Of a DNA stretch of 64,000 nucleotides, positions 26,262-38,475 are shown piece by piece. Location of the stretch: contig NC_043001.1 of NCBI RefSeq assembly GCF_006345805.1, forward strand, positions 64,170,001-64,234,000, given 5' to 3'. The stretch is from Octopus sinensis (taxonomy: Eukaryota). The first letter of the stretch is position 1; each line of letters begins with the position of its first letter. Position numbers and translations under genes: made by a program. Under the pieces are notes generated by a model. That model made no database searches. It was not told where the DNA came from and worked only from the letters and a program-made list of their open reading frames with translations.

Positions 26262-27036
26262 GTTAATGAAAATGGAAAATACTCCACCATATTTGAGCAA
26301 GACAACTGAGCTGGACTGGAAAAGCCAACTCCAGTCTCGTCACAGTCGAAGAAGGACAAGATGCATAAATGAAATTCTGGTAAAAGAAAAATCAAGTCAG
26401 TTGGGTCTTAATGATTTCTCTTCTAACACTTTGTTTAATAGTTCTGGGATTCTTAAGAGAAATTACAGCTATGATAGTAGTGTCTTGTCAGACTTGCCAC
26501 CAAGCCCAACATCATCAAGTGATGAAGATTTTCTAACAATGAATTTAATGAATACTGTTAATAGAGTACTCAAGAAACGTAGTCAATCAGTACCTGCCTT
26601 ACTACAGATTGACATATACCAAGACCGTGCCATGCGGCTGATGAGGAAACGCCATGGCAAAATATTTGAAAAACGGAAAGTTCTTGATGATGATACATTT
26701 GATTCCTTTGACAATTCACCAAATGACATGCAAGAATTTTCCCTCAGTAGCCCACAGGATTTTGTATTTACCTTTGATTATAATGAAATCAGCAAATTAA
26801 ACAAGGAGTTACTTTCTATGGACAATAATATTGAAGAAAGTTTGAGTGCTGAAAAATTTCCTGAAAGCCCAGATAGAGTTTTATTATTTAGTGACTCTGA
26901 AAACAACAATATTTTCCATATAACACCCAGTATGGTAAAGTCCTTTGAAATCCAACGGGAAATCCGTCGTAAAAGACGGAGAAACAAAGGAACACATAGT
27001 TTTGATGACACTTGTTTACATAGAGAATCTTGCTGA
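26262..27036 (+). CDS. Host terminal coding exon, uncharacterised Ser/charge-rich protein (256 aa from ATG 26266)
   Basis: Polypyrimidine acceptor ttttattttgtttcag| at 26261; about 770 bp without stop in AT-rich DNA; no TE motifs; RSQSVP and RRKRRR motifs. Confidence 0.65.
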
Positions 27037-27229
27037 ATTTTGGGCAGTATGCATTTGGCAAGAGAGTCATTCCACAAACTTTGTAATGTAAATAATGCTA
27101 TTAAATCAGGAAGATTCATATACACATACACAAATCTATTCACATAAAAGAAAGATACAATTAGGAACCAAAAATATTTAAAGCATGTGTATGTATGTAC
27201 ATAGTTACATACATATATACAAAGCTATA

Positions 27230-28645
27230 GCTGACCTTACTTCATCGTGGGCCACCATCTTGATGTTAAATACAAGGAGTGATTGCATTATTAAAGATAG
27301 AATACAGTATTGCAGAGGTATATTCCAAGAGGACAGCCTCTCTGTGATGTTGTTTATCCTTTCTGGAAACTCCTTGTCATTCATGTCAATGAAGTCTGAA
27401 GGATATCTCACTGGTTCACAAGAAAAAAGAAATACCAAAATTATACACCATTTCTTTGTAGATGACTTGAAAATATATGCAAAGAATGTGCATGAAATGA
27501 AAAGAGCCTTGACCTGGTGACAACATTCTCAAAGGATGTGGGGTTGGAGTTTGGTCAGGATAAATGTTGCTATATGGTTATGAAAAGAGGGAAAACTGTA
27601 AAACAGACTAACAACATCTCCATCAATGACCTACCTGTTTCCCCGTTATCTGACGAGGAATGTTACAGGTACCATGGGGTGAATGAAAAGATATCTTACA
27701 ATGGCACCTGTAAAGAATATTACAGCTAAATAAAAAAATATGTGGACCTCAGAGCTCTTTGCATCCAATAAAACTGTGGCCCACAATTTGTTTGCAATGC
27801 CAGTACTCAACCAAATATCAACCAAGTATGTTAGTAGAAATATCAGCCTGATGCACAAAAAGGACAGTGACACAGGAAAAGCAGCAAAATGTGATAACCG
27901 ATGCATAAACAGTTGTCTGAAAATGTCATCCCGCTATTATCTTACTGATGAGACATGATGTTGTAGTTAGGACACTGTATAATGAGATCCATTGGAAGGA
28001 TAACCCCGAGGTCAAAGAAATAAGAGCCTACAATATGGTAGAAACCGTAGCCACTCATAATAAAAAGGAGTTCTGGTGGAATGTCCCAATGAAAACCTCA
28101 ATAAAATGTAAACATAATAGACCTGAAATAGTAATTTGGGATAGAGAAAAGAAACTGTATACAGTTGTGGAAATCAGTTGTCCAGCAGATGTTAATATAG
28201 AGCTAAAGATCAGTGAAAAAGAAAATACTCATGCTGAACTATTGAGGAATCTACAGCTACTCTCTCCAGATTACAAGTTCAAAGTTATTGGGGAACTGAG
28301 ATATGTAAAACACTGCCTAAATACCAGTCTTGAGAAATTAGGCTTCTCAAAAGGAGAAAGCTGTTCCAAAGGCTGATCCAATCCATCACTGGAACTGTAA
28401 AAATCTGTAAAACTTTCCAGAAGTTAATCATTCAAGTATATATGAGCATGTCTAGACATGCAACTATATGCACAAGAATACATACATAAAACAAAACATA
28501 TAAATATACACATATACATACATACTAAAATACCCTGTTGCTGTTGTTGAAATTCCAACAAAGGAACCTTGGATCTAGGTTAGAAACCAGCTCTTCCTCT
28601 ATTGACAAGAAATCTTGAAATAAAACTGAATAATGACATACATAC
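27230..28645 (+). mobile_element. R4/Dong-like non-LTR retrotransposon (restriction-like endonuclease), decayed
   Basis: RGIFQEDSLS, HHFFVDDLK, FSKDVGLEFGQDKC, RHDVV..NRPEIVIWD..VEISCP..EK; 3' UTR ends in (CATA)n. Confidence 0.8.
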
Positions 28646-28990
28646 CAGGGCTGGATTAAGACCTATGGAGGCCCTAAGCACTTAAAAGATTTTGGTGTCC
28701 CCATATATATGTATTTCAAAATATAAATATTAATAAACCATAAAATCATTTTTAATTTTTCAAAATGAAATTAAAACTAACATTAAATGGAAAATAATGT
28801 TTATTTTCATATACTTCCACTTTATCTATATTTGTAAAGTTTTCCCTTCCTTTTTTTTAATTGCTAAGTCTTTGATTAGATCCTTACTATGACACCATGA
28901 ACACTTTGAAATTTCTAGTCATTTGTACCACTTCGAATATTATTTTAGCAAATTTAAAGTGATTTCCTTTTTACTATTAAGCATTTACCA
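28646..28990. mobile_element. Possible hAT-type DNA transposon end
   Basis: Begins cagggctggatt...ggccct, resembling hAT termini; no partner terminal inverted repeat (TIR) seen. Confidence 0.3.
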
Positions 28991-29962
28991 TTTCTATGAT
29001 TCCCCACCATATTCCTTGACGCTCAAAGTACATGTTTATTTTGCTTAATGGTTAATGTACACTTACACACACACCTATGATGATTTTGCATGAATATATG
29101 AACTGATATATTCATTATATCTATATATCTATATGTGAGTGTGTGTGTTTGTATGTGTATATCATCATCATTTAATGTCCATTGTCCATGCTGGCATAGG
29201 CTGGATGGCTTGACCAGAACTAGCAAGCTGGGGAGCTGCATCAGACTCCAGTCTGATTTGGCATGGTTTCTACAGCTGGATGTCCTTCCTAACACCATCC
29301 ACTTTAAAGAGTGTGCTGGGTGCTTTTACATGGCACTGCATGCACACTTTTACATGGCGCTGCATGGGTGCTTTTATGTGACACCACAAGGGCACTTTTA
29401 CACGATACTGCACAGGAAATTTAATACAGCACCACCATGTAGCACCAGCACTGCCATGTGACACCAGCACCGCTATGTGACACCAGTACAGGACTCTTAC
29501 AGGTCAATCCTCTCCACCAGGGGGACCAGACTTAACTTAACACTTCTGCAGAAGTGCACAAGGCTTCTTGAGTACAGCAAGGCATCAGGCATCCCAATTC
29601 TTTGTCATCTTGCCTGAAAGGTTCAGTGTTCTGAGGTCATTCTTCATTACTTCTTCATATGTCTTCCTGGATCTCCCACTTCCACGTGTTCCATCGACTT
29701 TAGGAGATCAGCACATCTTTATGGAGCTGTCAGCATCCATCCACATCATTTGATCAAACCAGTGCAGTCTTCTTTCTTGCACACAGTATCTAATTATTTT
29801 TATGCCTAACTTCTCTGTCAATACACTAGGATTCTGTCAAACATGAACATTTGCATACTAACCTCATTCCTGTCTAACCTTCACATATCCTGTGCATTTA
29901 AGGCCCACATCTCACTACCATGTAGAATTGCTGTCCATATACTTGGAGAAACCTTTCGTAGC

Positions 29963-30551
29963 TGTAAAGGGAACTGGTTGCTTCTTTACACTTTTGGGGT
30001 GCAACTTGGGTGCAACACAATTTCCTTTCTTTTTGTTTCTAGAAACTACCAGTCAGGAACGAAAAGCAAGTTTAGAAATATATAATTCTTTATTCTCTTA
30101 TTCAACAATGAAACACGATGGTATACTGGTATCCATTCTTACAACAATTCAGCAGCAATAGATAGGTTAAATCCCAAGCGTCTGGGACAGGAGAATAGGT
30201 TGATCACACGTATGAAAATACGTCCTTTCTCTTCGATTGCCGTGCCTCAAGTCCCCGAACGCTATTAAGGAACGCTATGGGATTTATTCTTCAGTCTCTA
30301 GCGCATGTGCATGAGGGAAACTTCCTTATGCCTTTCCAGAAGGTTCTAGAAGGTTCCAACCCCGCACACGCACACTGAAGAAAGACGTTCGCACACGCAC
30401 ACTGAAGAAAGACGTTCCGCACACGCACACTGAAGAATGACGTTGCGTGTGCGCACACTGGAACATGACGTCACTACAAAGGTGACGTTCCGCACACGCA
30501 CACTGAAGAATGACGTTGCGTGTGCGCACACTGGAACATGACGTCACTACA
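29963..30551 (-). repeat. 3' LTR (589 bp)
   Basis: Near-identical to 32602-33190 (3 substitutions seen by eye); PPT gagggggag adjacent at about 30556-30564 (minus). Confidence 0.9.
30333..30357. promoter_or_regulatory. Perfect 5-unit heat-shock element in LTR (also 32972-32996, 33474-33498)
   Basis: tTTCcaGAAggTTCtaGAAggTTCc, five alternating nGAAn pentamers. Confidence 0.6.
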
Positions 30552-32588
30552 AAGGCTCCCCCTCGAGTGCGGAAGCACGAAACAAAACTCCTTGTAGTGG
30601 CTTCAGAATATAAGGTGGATACCAAATCACCAAAATGGCACACAATATGACAAATTAAAACAAAAAAAATCCATAATATAAACAAGCATGCAGCAAAGGA
30701 AAAGAAAAAATAATACTCAAACGAACAAAGTTCAATTAGTATCGTAACTGTCACTGGGAAGTCAATTGAGAATGTTAAATATAAATCGTCTTTTAAAGTT
30801 TCCTCGACCAGTGAACAGTTCTGCCTGACCTCGTAACATAAGGTTTGTTCGAGGCGGGCTGCGACGACGAAAATGGTGTTGCCGATGTTGGTGTTGATAA
30901 AGATGCATGTGTAAATGGTGGTGTTGTCAAAGGTGCATGTGTGAATAGGAATAGCTTCCGGCCAACGTGAGAAATGATCGATAAAAGTTAAAATGTATGA
31001 GAACCCGTTACTCACAGGCCATGGTCCAACCAAATCAAGGTGAACATAGCGAAAACGGGCCTCAGGAGAAGAAAACTGTCCAAGTGGAGCACGAACGTGT
31101 CTATGGACTTTAGCACTCTGGCACCTCAAACAAGAGCGTGCCCAAGAGGTAATCGATCGTCGCATATTGGGCCAGAAGAACTGTGGCAGAGATACCTGGA
31201 TGTGACAATGAATGAAGAGCATCAAAAACAGAACGTTGATGTTTCTCAGGTACTAACTGTCTAGGAGAACCGGTGGATACGTCACAAAGAATAGAGCGGA
31301 CGGTAGGCAAACTTACAATTGATAAACTTAGGCGAAGTTAAATCCAACTCCGCTAAAGATGTTTGATCATGCGAAATAGCAGTTAACTCAATTGCTGCAG
31401 GAGAGGAAATGGAATTGACAGATAGATCGCTAGTAACTCAAAGGCAGACATTGCTTCAGCTGAAAGAGTAAGGTTAGCAAGGGCGACAGTGTAAGCATGC
31501 TGGAGTGATGCGCGAGACAGATAATTTTCTCTTAATTACGTGACCAACAGGGGTCTAACAGGGTAAAATTATGCCTAAACATGAGCGCAGTGCATGTGAA
31601 CATCCGACGTTCTTTGAGTCGGGAGAAGAATTGAGCTGACGCAGACGTGTTGCAAAACAAGGGAGTACACGTGCAGAACAGAGGTACATGAGTGCAATAG
31701 GGCTTGCCAGGCTGAAATACAGTGCACAGTATTGAATATGCCAGTGATTAATGCAGTAAGGCTGAGGTTGCCAGCCAGTGCTTGAGCGATTATATGCCTC
31801 GGTCGTGTGGCATGCTGGCGCGTTGTAAGGGACAAACAACTTTCTCTATGTATGTGTGACCGACCTAGGGTTTTACAGAGATGAGTTGTGTCTACAAGGG
31901 CACATTGAGCATGGAAAACAAGCGAGAAAGGCATGTGTGGCGTATGAATTATGTGTGTTCGTATGTGCGACAGAAGTACAAACAAGTGTATGCGGGCAAA
32001 ACAGAATACAGCGCATAGGAAAAGTCTCTCAGGGTATTTCAGACAAGATGGAGTTAATTTACCAGTTAGTAGTTAAGTACAAAATAGCAGTTCATTCTGT
32101 AACAGGAAGTTGGGATCACAAGTGCAGACGCCGGTTGAACACATGTCGTGTAGCGGTTGTGGCTTCAATGCTGTGCCAGGTTACATTGGTACAGAAGATC
32201 TCGCAGGTAGTGCTGTGCTGTTAATCTTGGTGTGTATACACGAACAGCATGTAAGCTAAACTTCAGCGAGTTGCTGTGTACATATCGTTGAGGTCGACGG
32301 GGTGAAAGCGACAGTGGTGGACTTGAGGCACGTGGTTGCTTAGTTCGTAGTAAAATACATAGTGTTGCTGGCGACGAAGATGGAGACGACGTGAAGTTGA
32401 AGGACGACAATGGTGATGACGACGGCAGAGAAAGGCATTGTTGAGATGAAGGCGTCCGTGGTGTAAATGTCCTGTGTTGCTGGTGTATGTTAGCGTCGTC
32501 ATTATTGCGGAAGATAAGAGAGGTTCCTTTTATAACTGTTGGTAGAAACTAGATTTCTGTTAAGTGTTCTATGGTCTATGACCAGAAC

Positions 32589-32600
32589 TCGGGGTCACCA
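32589..32600 (-). other. Primer-binding site, tRNA-Trp type
   Basis: TGGTGACCCCGA 1 nt after LTR; complementary to the eukaryotic tRNA-Trp 3' end (...TCGGGGTCACCA). Confidence 0.75.
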
Positions 32601-32601
32601 C

Positions 32602-33190
32602 TGTAAAGGGAACTGGTTGCTTCTTTACACTTTTGGGGTGCAACTTGGGTGCAACACAATTTCCTTTCTTTTTGTTTCTAGAAACTACCAGTCAGGAACG
32701 AAAAGCAAGTTTAGAAATATATAATTCTTTATTCTCTTATTCAACAATGAAACACGATGGTATACTGGTATCCATTCTTACAACAATTCAGTAGCAATAG
32801 ATAGGTTAAATCCCAAGCGTCTGGGACAGGAGAATAGGTTGATCACACGTATGAAAATACGTCCTTTCTCTTCGATTGCCGTGCCTCAAGTCCCTGAACG
32901 CTATTAAGGAACGCTATGGAATTTATTCTTCAGTCTCTAGCGCATGTGCATGAGGGAAACTTCCTTATGCCTTTCCAGAAGGTTCTAGAAGGTTCCAACC
33001 CCGCACACGCACACTGAAGAAAGACGTTCGCACACGCACACTGAAGAAAGACGTTCCGCACACGCACACTGAAGAATGACGTTGCGTGTGCGCACACTGG
33101 AACATGACGTCACTACAAAGGTGACGTTCCGCACACGCACACTGAAGAATGACGTTGCGTGTGCGCACACTGGAACATGACGTCACTACA
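32602..33190 (-). repeat. Second full LTR (589 bp)
   Basis: Direct repeat of 29963-30551; followed on minus strand by the PBS. Confidence 0.9.
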
Positions 33191-34429
33191 AAGGCTCCTC
33201 CTCGAGTGCGGAAGCACGAAACAAAACTCCTTGTAGTGGCTTCAGAATATAAGATGGATACCAAATCACCAAAATGGCACACAATATGACAAATTAAAAC
33301 AAAAAAAATCCATAATAAGCGTCTGGGACAGGAGAATAGGTTGATCACACGTATGAAAATACGTCCTTTCTCTTCGATCGCCGTGCCTCAAATCCCCGAA
33401 CGCTATTAAGGAACGCTATGGGATTTATTCTTCAGTCTCTAGCGCATGTGCATGAGGGAAACTTCCTTATGCCTTTCCAGAAGGTTCTAGAAGGTTCCAA
33501 CCCCGCACACGCACACTGAAGAAAGACGTTCCACACACGCACACTGAAGAATGACGTTGCGTGTGCGCACACTGGAACATGACGTCACTACAAAGGTGAC
33601 GTTCCGCACACGCACACTGAAGAATGACGTTGCGTGTGCGCACACTGGAACATGACGTCACTACATAGCTAACAGATAAAAGCTTTCTGAATTTCCTCCA
33701 TCCTTTTCTTATTCTAGCTATCACACTCTCCGTGCATCCTCCTTCACTGCTAATTTGGTCCCCTAGGTTGCAGAAATTATCTATCTCTAATGAGCCACTA
33801 GGGCATTTGAGAGAATCAATTTACTAAGTCTCTATACTTTTTATGGATCCTGTGCATCTTCCACAAATGAACATTACCTCCTTAGATAGCCTTCCACTGC
33901 ACTTCTTAGGTATACCATATGGAGTTCCTGCCTTCACCTTTCCTACAAATCGAATAGGGCCACCTACCTGAAGAGGATAGGATCCTGTCTGTTTTCTTGC
34001 ATACTAAGATCTTTGTTAAATTAACCTTAAGGCTGTTAGATTCTAGCTTTTGCTTCTACACCTGGAATTTCTCTTCTAGCTCTGATACAGTATCTGCTAT
34101 GAAGGCAAGATCATCATTATATAGTAGTTCCCAGGAGGCTGCCTACCTTGAATTCCTCTATTATGGCCTGGAGGGCAATGATGAAAAGGAGGGGACTGAG
34201 GATTGAGCCTGTACCCCAAATTTTTCGTTGTACTCATGGTTAACTCTCACCTTACTGACAGTGTCTCGTACATGGCCTGCACAGCTTTCACCAGCCACTC
34301 ATCTATCCCTAGCCTCCTCAAAGCCCACCATATCACACTGTGGTGTGACATGGGGCGAGGGGGCTTTATAAAAAATGGAAAATGAAAAACAGAAAACAAA
34401 AACACAAAAACTAAATTGTAAAAAGTAAA

Positions 34430-35050
34430 ATGGTAAAAGAGTGATCCTCCTTTTACCTTAAATTACAAGGCTGGAAGATATCAACAAATTAATCAGGAAT
34501 AGGCAGAATCTTATCTTTCAATTCTTCAAAATATATTTATACATATGCTTGCAATACCAAGAGCCTAAATCCAGTTACAACTGTTGTGGTTCAGGATCTT
34601 GTACATTTGATCAACAATGTATGATTAAATCTATCATATATGAGGCAGAAGTTACTACAACCCTAAATAATAATTATTTCTATTCTAGGCACAAGGCCTT
34701 GAAAACCTTTTGGCGAAGGGGGCTAGTTGATTTCATCGATCCCTGTGCGTAACTGGAGCTCATTTCATTGACCCCAAAAGGATGAAAGGCAAAGTCTACC
34801 TTGGCAGAATTTGAACTCAGAATGTAGTGGCAGATGAAATACTGGTAAGCATTTCACCCGGCATGCTAACAATTCTGCCAGCTTGCCGCCCTAACCCTAA
34901 ATAATAATACAACAGATAAGAATATATATTGGATTATGTGAAGGGGAATTCAAAAATTGCTTTCAACATAAGAACAAAAGCAAAGCTACTAAGTTGGCTA
35001 GTTACATATGGAGCTTGAAAGATAATGAAACACCACATGTTGCTGAGTGG
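34430..35050 (+). mobile_element. PLE GIY-YIG endonuclease fragment, interrupted by a SINE
   Basis: YNCC..C..C..SIIYEAEV then, after the SINE, YIGLCEGEFK..TKLASYIWSLKDN. Confidence 0.65.
34675..34892 (-). mobile_element. tRNA-derived SINE family C with 16-bp TSD
   Basis: AACCCTAAATAATAAT at 34659-34674 and 34893-34908; A box (tggcagaattgttag) and B box (gagttcaaattc) on minus strand. Confidence 0.8.
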
Positions 35051-35309
35051 AAAGCCTCTATCAGTGTTTATTCACCCTCAATTGACCACATATCTCTGCC
35101 ATCTTAGGTCTAGTAAGTTAGCAAGTCATGCTAATTAATATACTTCACCAAGTGAGTCTAATAAGGTTGAAACATGCTTGAAATTATGCTCATATCCACC
35201 AAATATCACACTCACCCCTGCTCTGCTATATGTTCGCATTTAAGCTATAATAAATGAAATTTTTGAGTTGTCCCCTGCCAAAATTAATAATCTGATGTTT
35301 TTGTTTTCT

Positions 35310-35760
35310 TCATCATCATCATCAGCAGCAGCAGCATCACTTAATGCTTATTGTCCATGCTGGCATGGGTTGGATGGTTTGACCAGGGCTGATAAGCTGA
35401 GGGGCTACACCAGACTCCAGCCTGATTTGGCATGGTTTCTATGGCTGGATGCCCTTCATAATGCCAACCAATCCAAGAGCATAATGGGTGCTTTTACATA
35501 CCACAAGCATAGGTGTTAGTTGCATGACACCAGTATCTGCCATGACTACAATTCCACTTGGCTTCATAGGACTTCTCAAGCACAGCATAATGCCAAAGAT
35601 GTCAGTCATTTGCTATTGCCTCCGTAAGGCCCAATGCTTGAAAGGTGTTTCTTACATCCCATCAGCATTAACCACATTGTCTCCATGAGGCCCAATGCTT
35701 GAAAGGTGCTTTTTATGTGGCCCTGACATGGGTGGCAGTTACATGACACCAGCATCAGCA
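35310..35760 (-). mobile_element. RTE 3' UTR fragment
   Basis: (CAT)n tail then reverse of gaagggcatccagc..ccaacccatgccagcatgg shared with other RTE ends. Confidence 0.65.
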
Positions 35761-36022
35761 TTGGCCATTATTAATGTAATTTTAAATGTCTGACTGACTC
35801 AACATAAAGTATGTGAGAGACAACTGTTCACTATAGTTTCCGGTTTTGAATCACATCAGATATGATCAAATCTAATTGTTTCCCTCAAAGCAAGCAAACC
35901 TCATTCTCATCTTTTTGATTCAATATCAAACACTCCCTCACAAAATATAGTTTGGTAAATTAATCATATTATTTAATGAGAAAATCAAGGAATATAAATT
36001 AGATGTGCAATAATTAATTTAT

Positions 36023-36200
36023 GAGGGTGCATGGCCTAGTGGTTAAGGTATTGCACTCACTGTCATAAGATCATGTTTTCAATTCCTGAACCAAGCCGTA
36101 AGTTGCATTCTTGAGCAAAACACTTCATCTCACATTGCTCTGAAATCACTTCAACATCTGACATGTGATACACCATGCATCTATCTGCTCAATGGTTGGA
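36023..36200 (+). mobile_element. Decayed tRNA-derived SINE family D
   Basis: gcatggcctagtggttaagg head; ttcttgagcaaaacacttcat shared with 47229-47625. Confidence 0.55.
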
Positions 36201-36436
36201 ATGAGCACAAATATTTGATCACTATAAACAAATTATTTCTCCAGCTTGTTCAGCAACAAATTGCAGAACCGTCTTTCTCAGACTATGAGAGTCTACCATC
36301 ATCAACAATTAATCTACCGTTTACGAACTTCGATGTTTTAGCCTTAATCATAATCGCTTTAACAATTGTAGTAACTGAAAATCTATATTGCTTCTAATAC
36401 TTACTTCTTAATTAACCAATGTATCATCCTTTTATG

Positions 36437-38118
36437 GGGCAATAGATACCACAGATACTCAGAAAACAGATTCCATCACACTCCAGGGGAAGAAACTAGA
36501 AATAGTTGATAGTTTCCGCTACCTAGGTGACTAAGTTAGTAGTGGAGGTGGATGCTCAGAGAGTAATACGAATAGGCGCAGGAGTGGCTGTGTGGTAAGT
36601 AGCTTGCTAACCAACCACATGGTTCCGGGTTCAGTCCCACTGCGTGGCATCTTGGGCAAGTGTCTTCTGCTATAGCCCCGGGCCGACCAATGCCTTGTGA
36701 GTGGATTTGGTAGACGGAAACTTAAAGAAGCCTGTCGTATATATATATGTGTGTGTGTGTGTGTTTGTGTGTCTGTGTTTGTCCCCTTAGCATTGTTTGA
36801 CAACCGATGCTGGTGTGTTTACGTCCCCGTCACTTAGTGGTTCGGCAAAAAGAGACCGATAGAATAAGTACTGGGCTTACAAAGAATAAGTCCCGGGGTC
36901 GATTTCCTCGACTAAAGGCGGTGCTCCAGCATGGCTGCAGTCAAATGACTGAAACAAGTAAAAGAGTAAAAGAGTATAGCCTGGGCAAAGTTTAGAAAGC
37001 TTCTACCCCTACTGGTGACAAAGGGTCTCTTGCTCAGAGTGAAAAGTAGATTGTACGATGCATGTGTGCAAACTACCATGCTTCACGGTAGTGAAACATG
37101 GGCTGTGACTGCAGAGGACAGGCATAGACTTGAAAGAAATGAAGCTAGCATCATCCGCTGGATGTGTAATGTCAGTGTGCACACACAACAGAGTGTATGT
37201 GCCCTGAGAGAAATGCTGGACATAAGAAGCATCAGATGTGGTGTGCAAGAGAGACGTTTGTGCTGGTATGGTCATGTACTGCAGATGGATGAGGATAGAT
37301 GTGTGAAGAAGTGCCACTCCCAAACAGTTGAAGGTATCCAGGGGAGAGGTAGACCCAGGAAGACATGGGATGAGGTGGTCAAGCATGACCTTCGAACGTT
37401 TGGCCTCACAGAAGCAATGACGAAAGACCGAGATCTCTGGAGATATGCTGTGACTGCAAAACCCGACAAATAATGTGAGTTCATGGCTGTTTCCTGCACC
37501 GGTTTTGCATAGCCCCAGCCCATCCAAAGTACCTTGGATTGCAGAACGACCTGCTGTGCTTGAGGAGACCTATTGTGTCAAGTACATCAACATCAAAATA
37601 AATATCAAATGGAAATTGTAGTTGTGATACCCATGCCGGTGGTACGTAAAAAGCACTATCTGAACAAGGCCGATGCCAGCGCCGCCTTGACTGGCTTCTG
37701 TGCTGGTGGCACGTGACCTGCTGTGCTTGAGGAGACCTATTGAGTCAAGTACAACAACATCAAAATATCAAAATAAATGTCAAATGGAAATCGTAGTTGT
37801 GATACCTGTGCCGGTGGCACGTTAAAAGCACCATCCGAATGTGGCCAATGCCAGCACTGCCCTGACTAGCTTCTGTGCCGGTGGCACGTAAAAAGCGCAA
37901 ACCGATCGTGGCCGCTGCCAGCCTCCCCTGGCACTTGTGCCGGTGGCATGTAAAAAGCACCCACTACACTCACGGAGTGGTTGGCGTTAGGAAGGGCATC
38001 CAGCTGTAGAAACACTGCCAGATCAGACTGGGGCCTGGTGCAGCCTCCTGGCTTCCCAGACCCCGATCGAACTATCCAACCCGCGCTAGCGCAGAAAACG
38101 GATGTTAAATGATGATGA
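36437..38118 (+). mobile_element. RTE LINE 3' portion with nested SINE
   Basis: LEIVDSFRYLGD; ORF 37015 LHGSETW..RLCWYGHV..GRGRPRKTW; repetitive 3' UTR; gatgatga tail. Confidence 0.88.
36575..36975 (+). mobile_element. SINE family A, well-preserved full copy (tRNA head, CORE-like domain, CR1-like tail)
   Basis: A box TGGCTGTGTGGTAAG, B box GGTTCAGTCCC, cttgggcaagtgtc, (GT)n, tail CAGTC-AAAT-GACTG + gtaaaaga repeats; splits the RTE reading frame. Confidence 0.85.
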
Positions 38119-38475
38119 ACTGGTTTTACTGAAAAAGATTAATTTTAATGCCAGTGATATAGACATGATGATGATAGATAGACACTGTAATTAATGACTA
38201 ATATCAAAGATAAATTGTAACTAACCACTGTAGTAGCTGTAAATATTGTAGATTAAAATACTGTACTATAATAGATAGCATAATGGTTGTGTGGTTAAAT
38301 CAACTGGGGACAGGCTGCAGTATTCTAAACTATGCACAGTCATTATTACGTTTTCATTCCAGCAATGATCATCCCATATTTATCAAAGACCTAGATAGTT
38401 GGGTTTGAATCAAGGGCAATCCATCATGGGAACTGTAAAAACCTACAAAACTTTCTAGAAGCATATCATTTAAAA

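Larger units (their letters stand above)
29963..33665 (-). mobile_element. Young non-autonomous Gypsy-derived LTR element with three LTR copies
   Basis: TG...CA ends; TAGC TSD (29959-29962/33666-33669); integrase remnant FWPNMRRSITSWARSCLRCQ..HLDLVGP..DHFSRWPEAIP; primer-binding site (PBS) and polypurine tract (PPT) present. Confidence 0.9.
29160..34340 (-). mobile_element. Old RTE LINE 3' half, split by the LTR element at 29963-33665
   Basis: (CAT)n tail at 29160; RTE C-terminal remnants 29600-29960 resume at 33666 (IARIRKGWRKFRKLL) and run to RT remnants near 34330. Confidence 0.75.

Noticed and set aside
30362-30551. Short repeats resembling a CRISPR array
   Set aside because: No unique spacers; these are LTR U3 subrepeats in eukaryotic DNA.
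30326-31225. 299-aa ORF as a novel fusion gene
   Set aside because: Integrase scrap reading through non-coding interior into LTR repeats.
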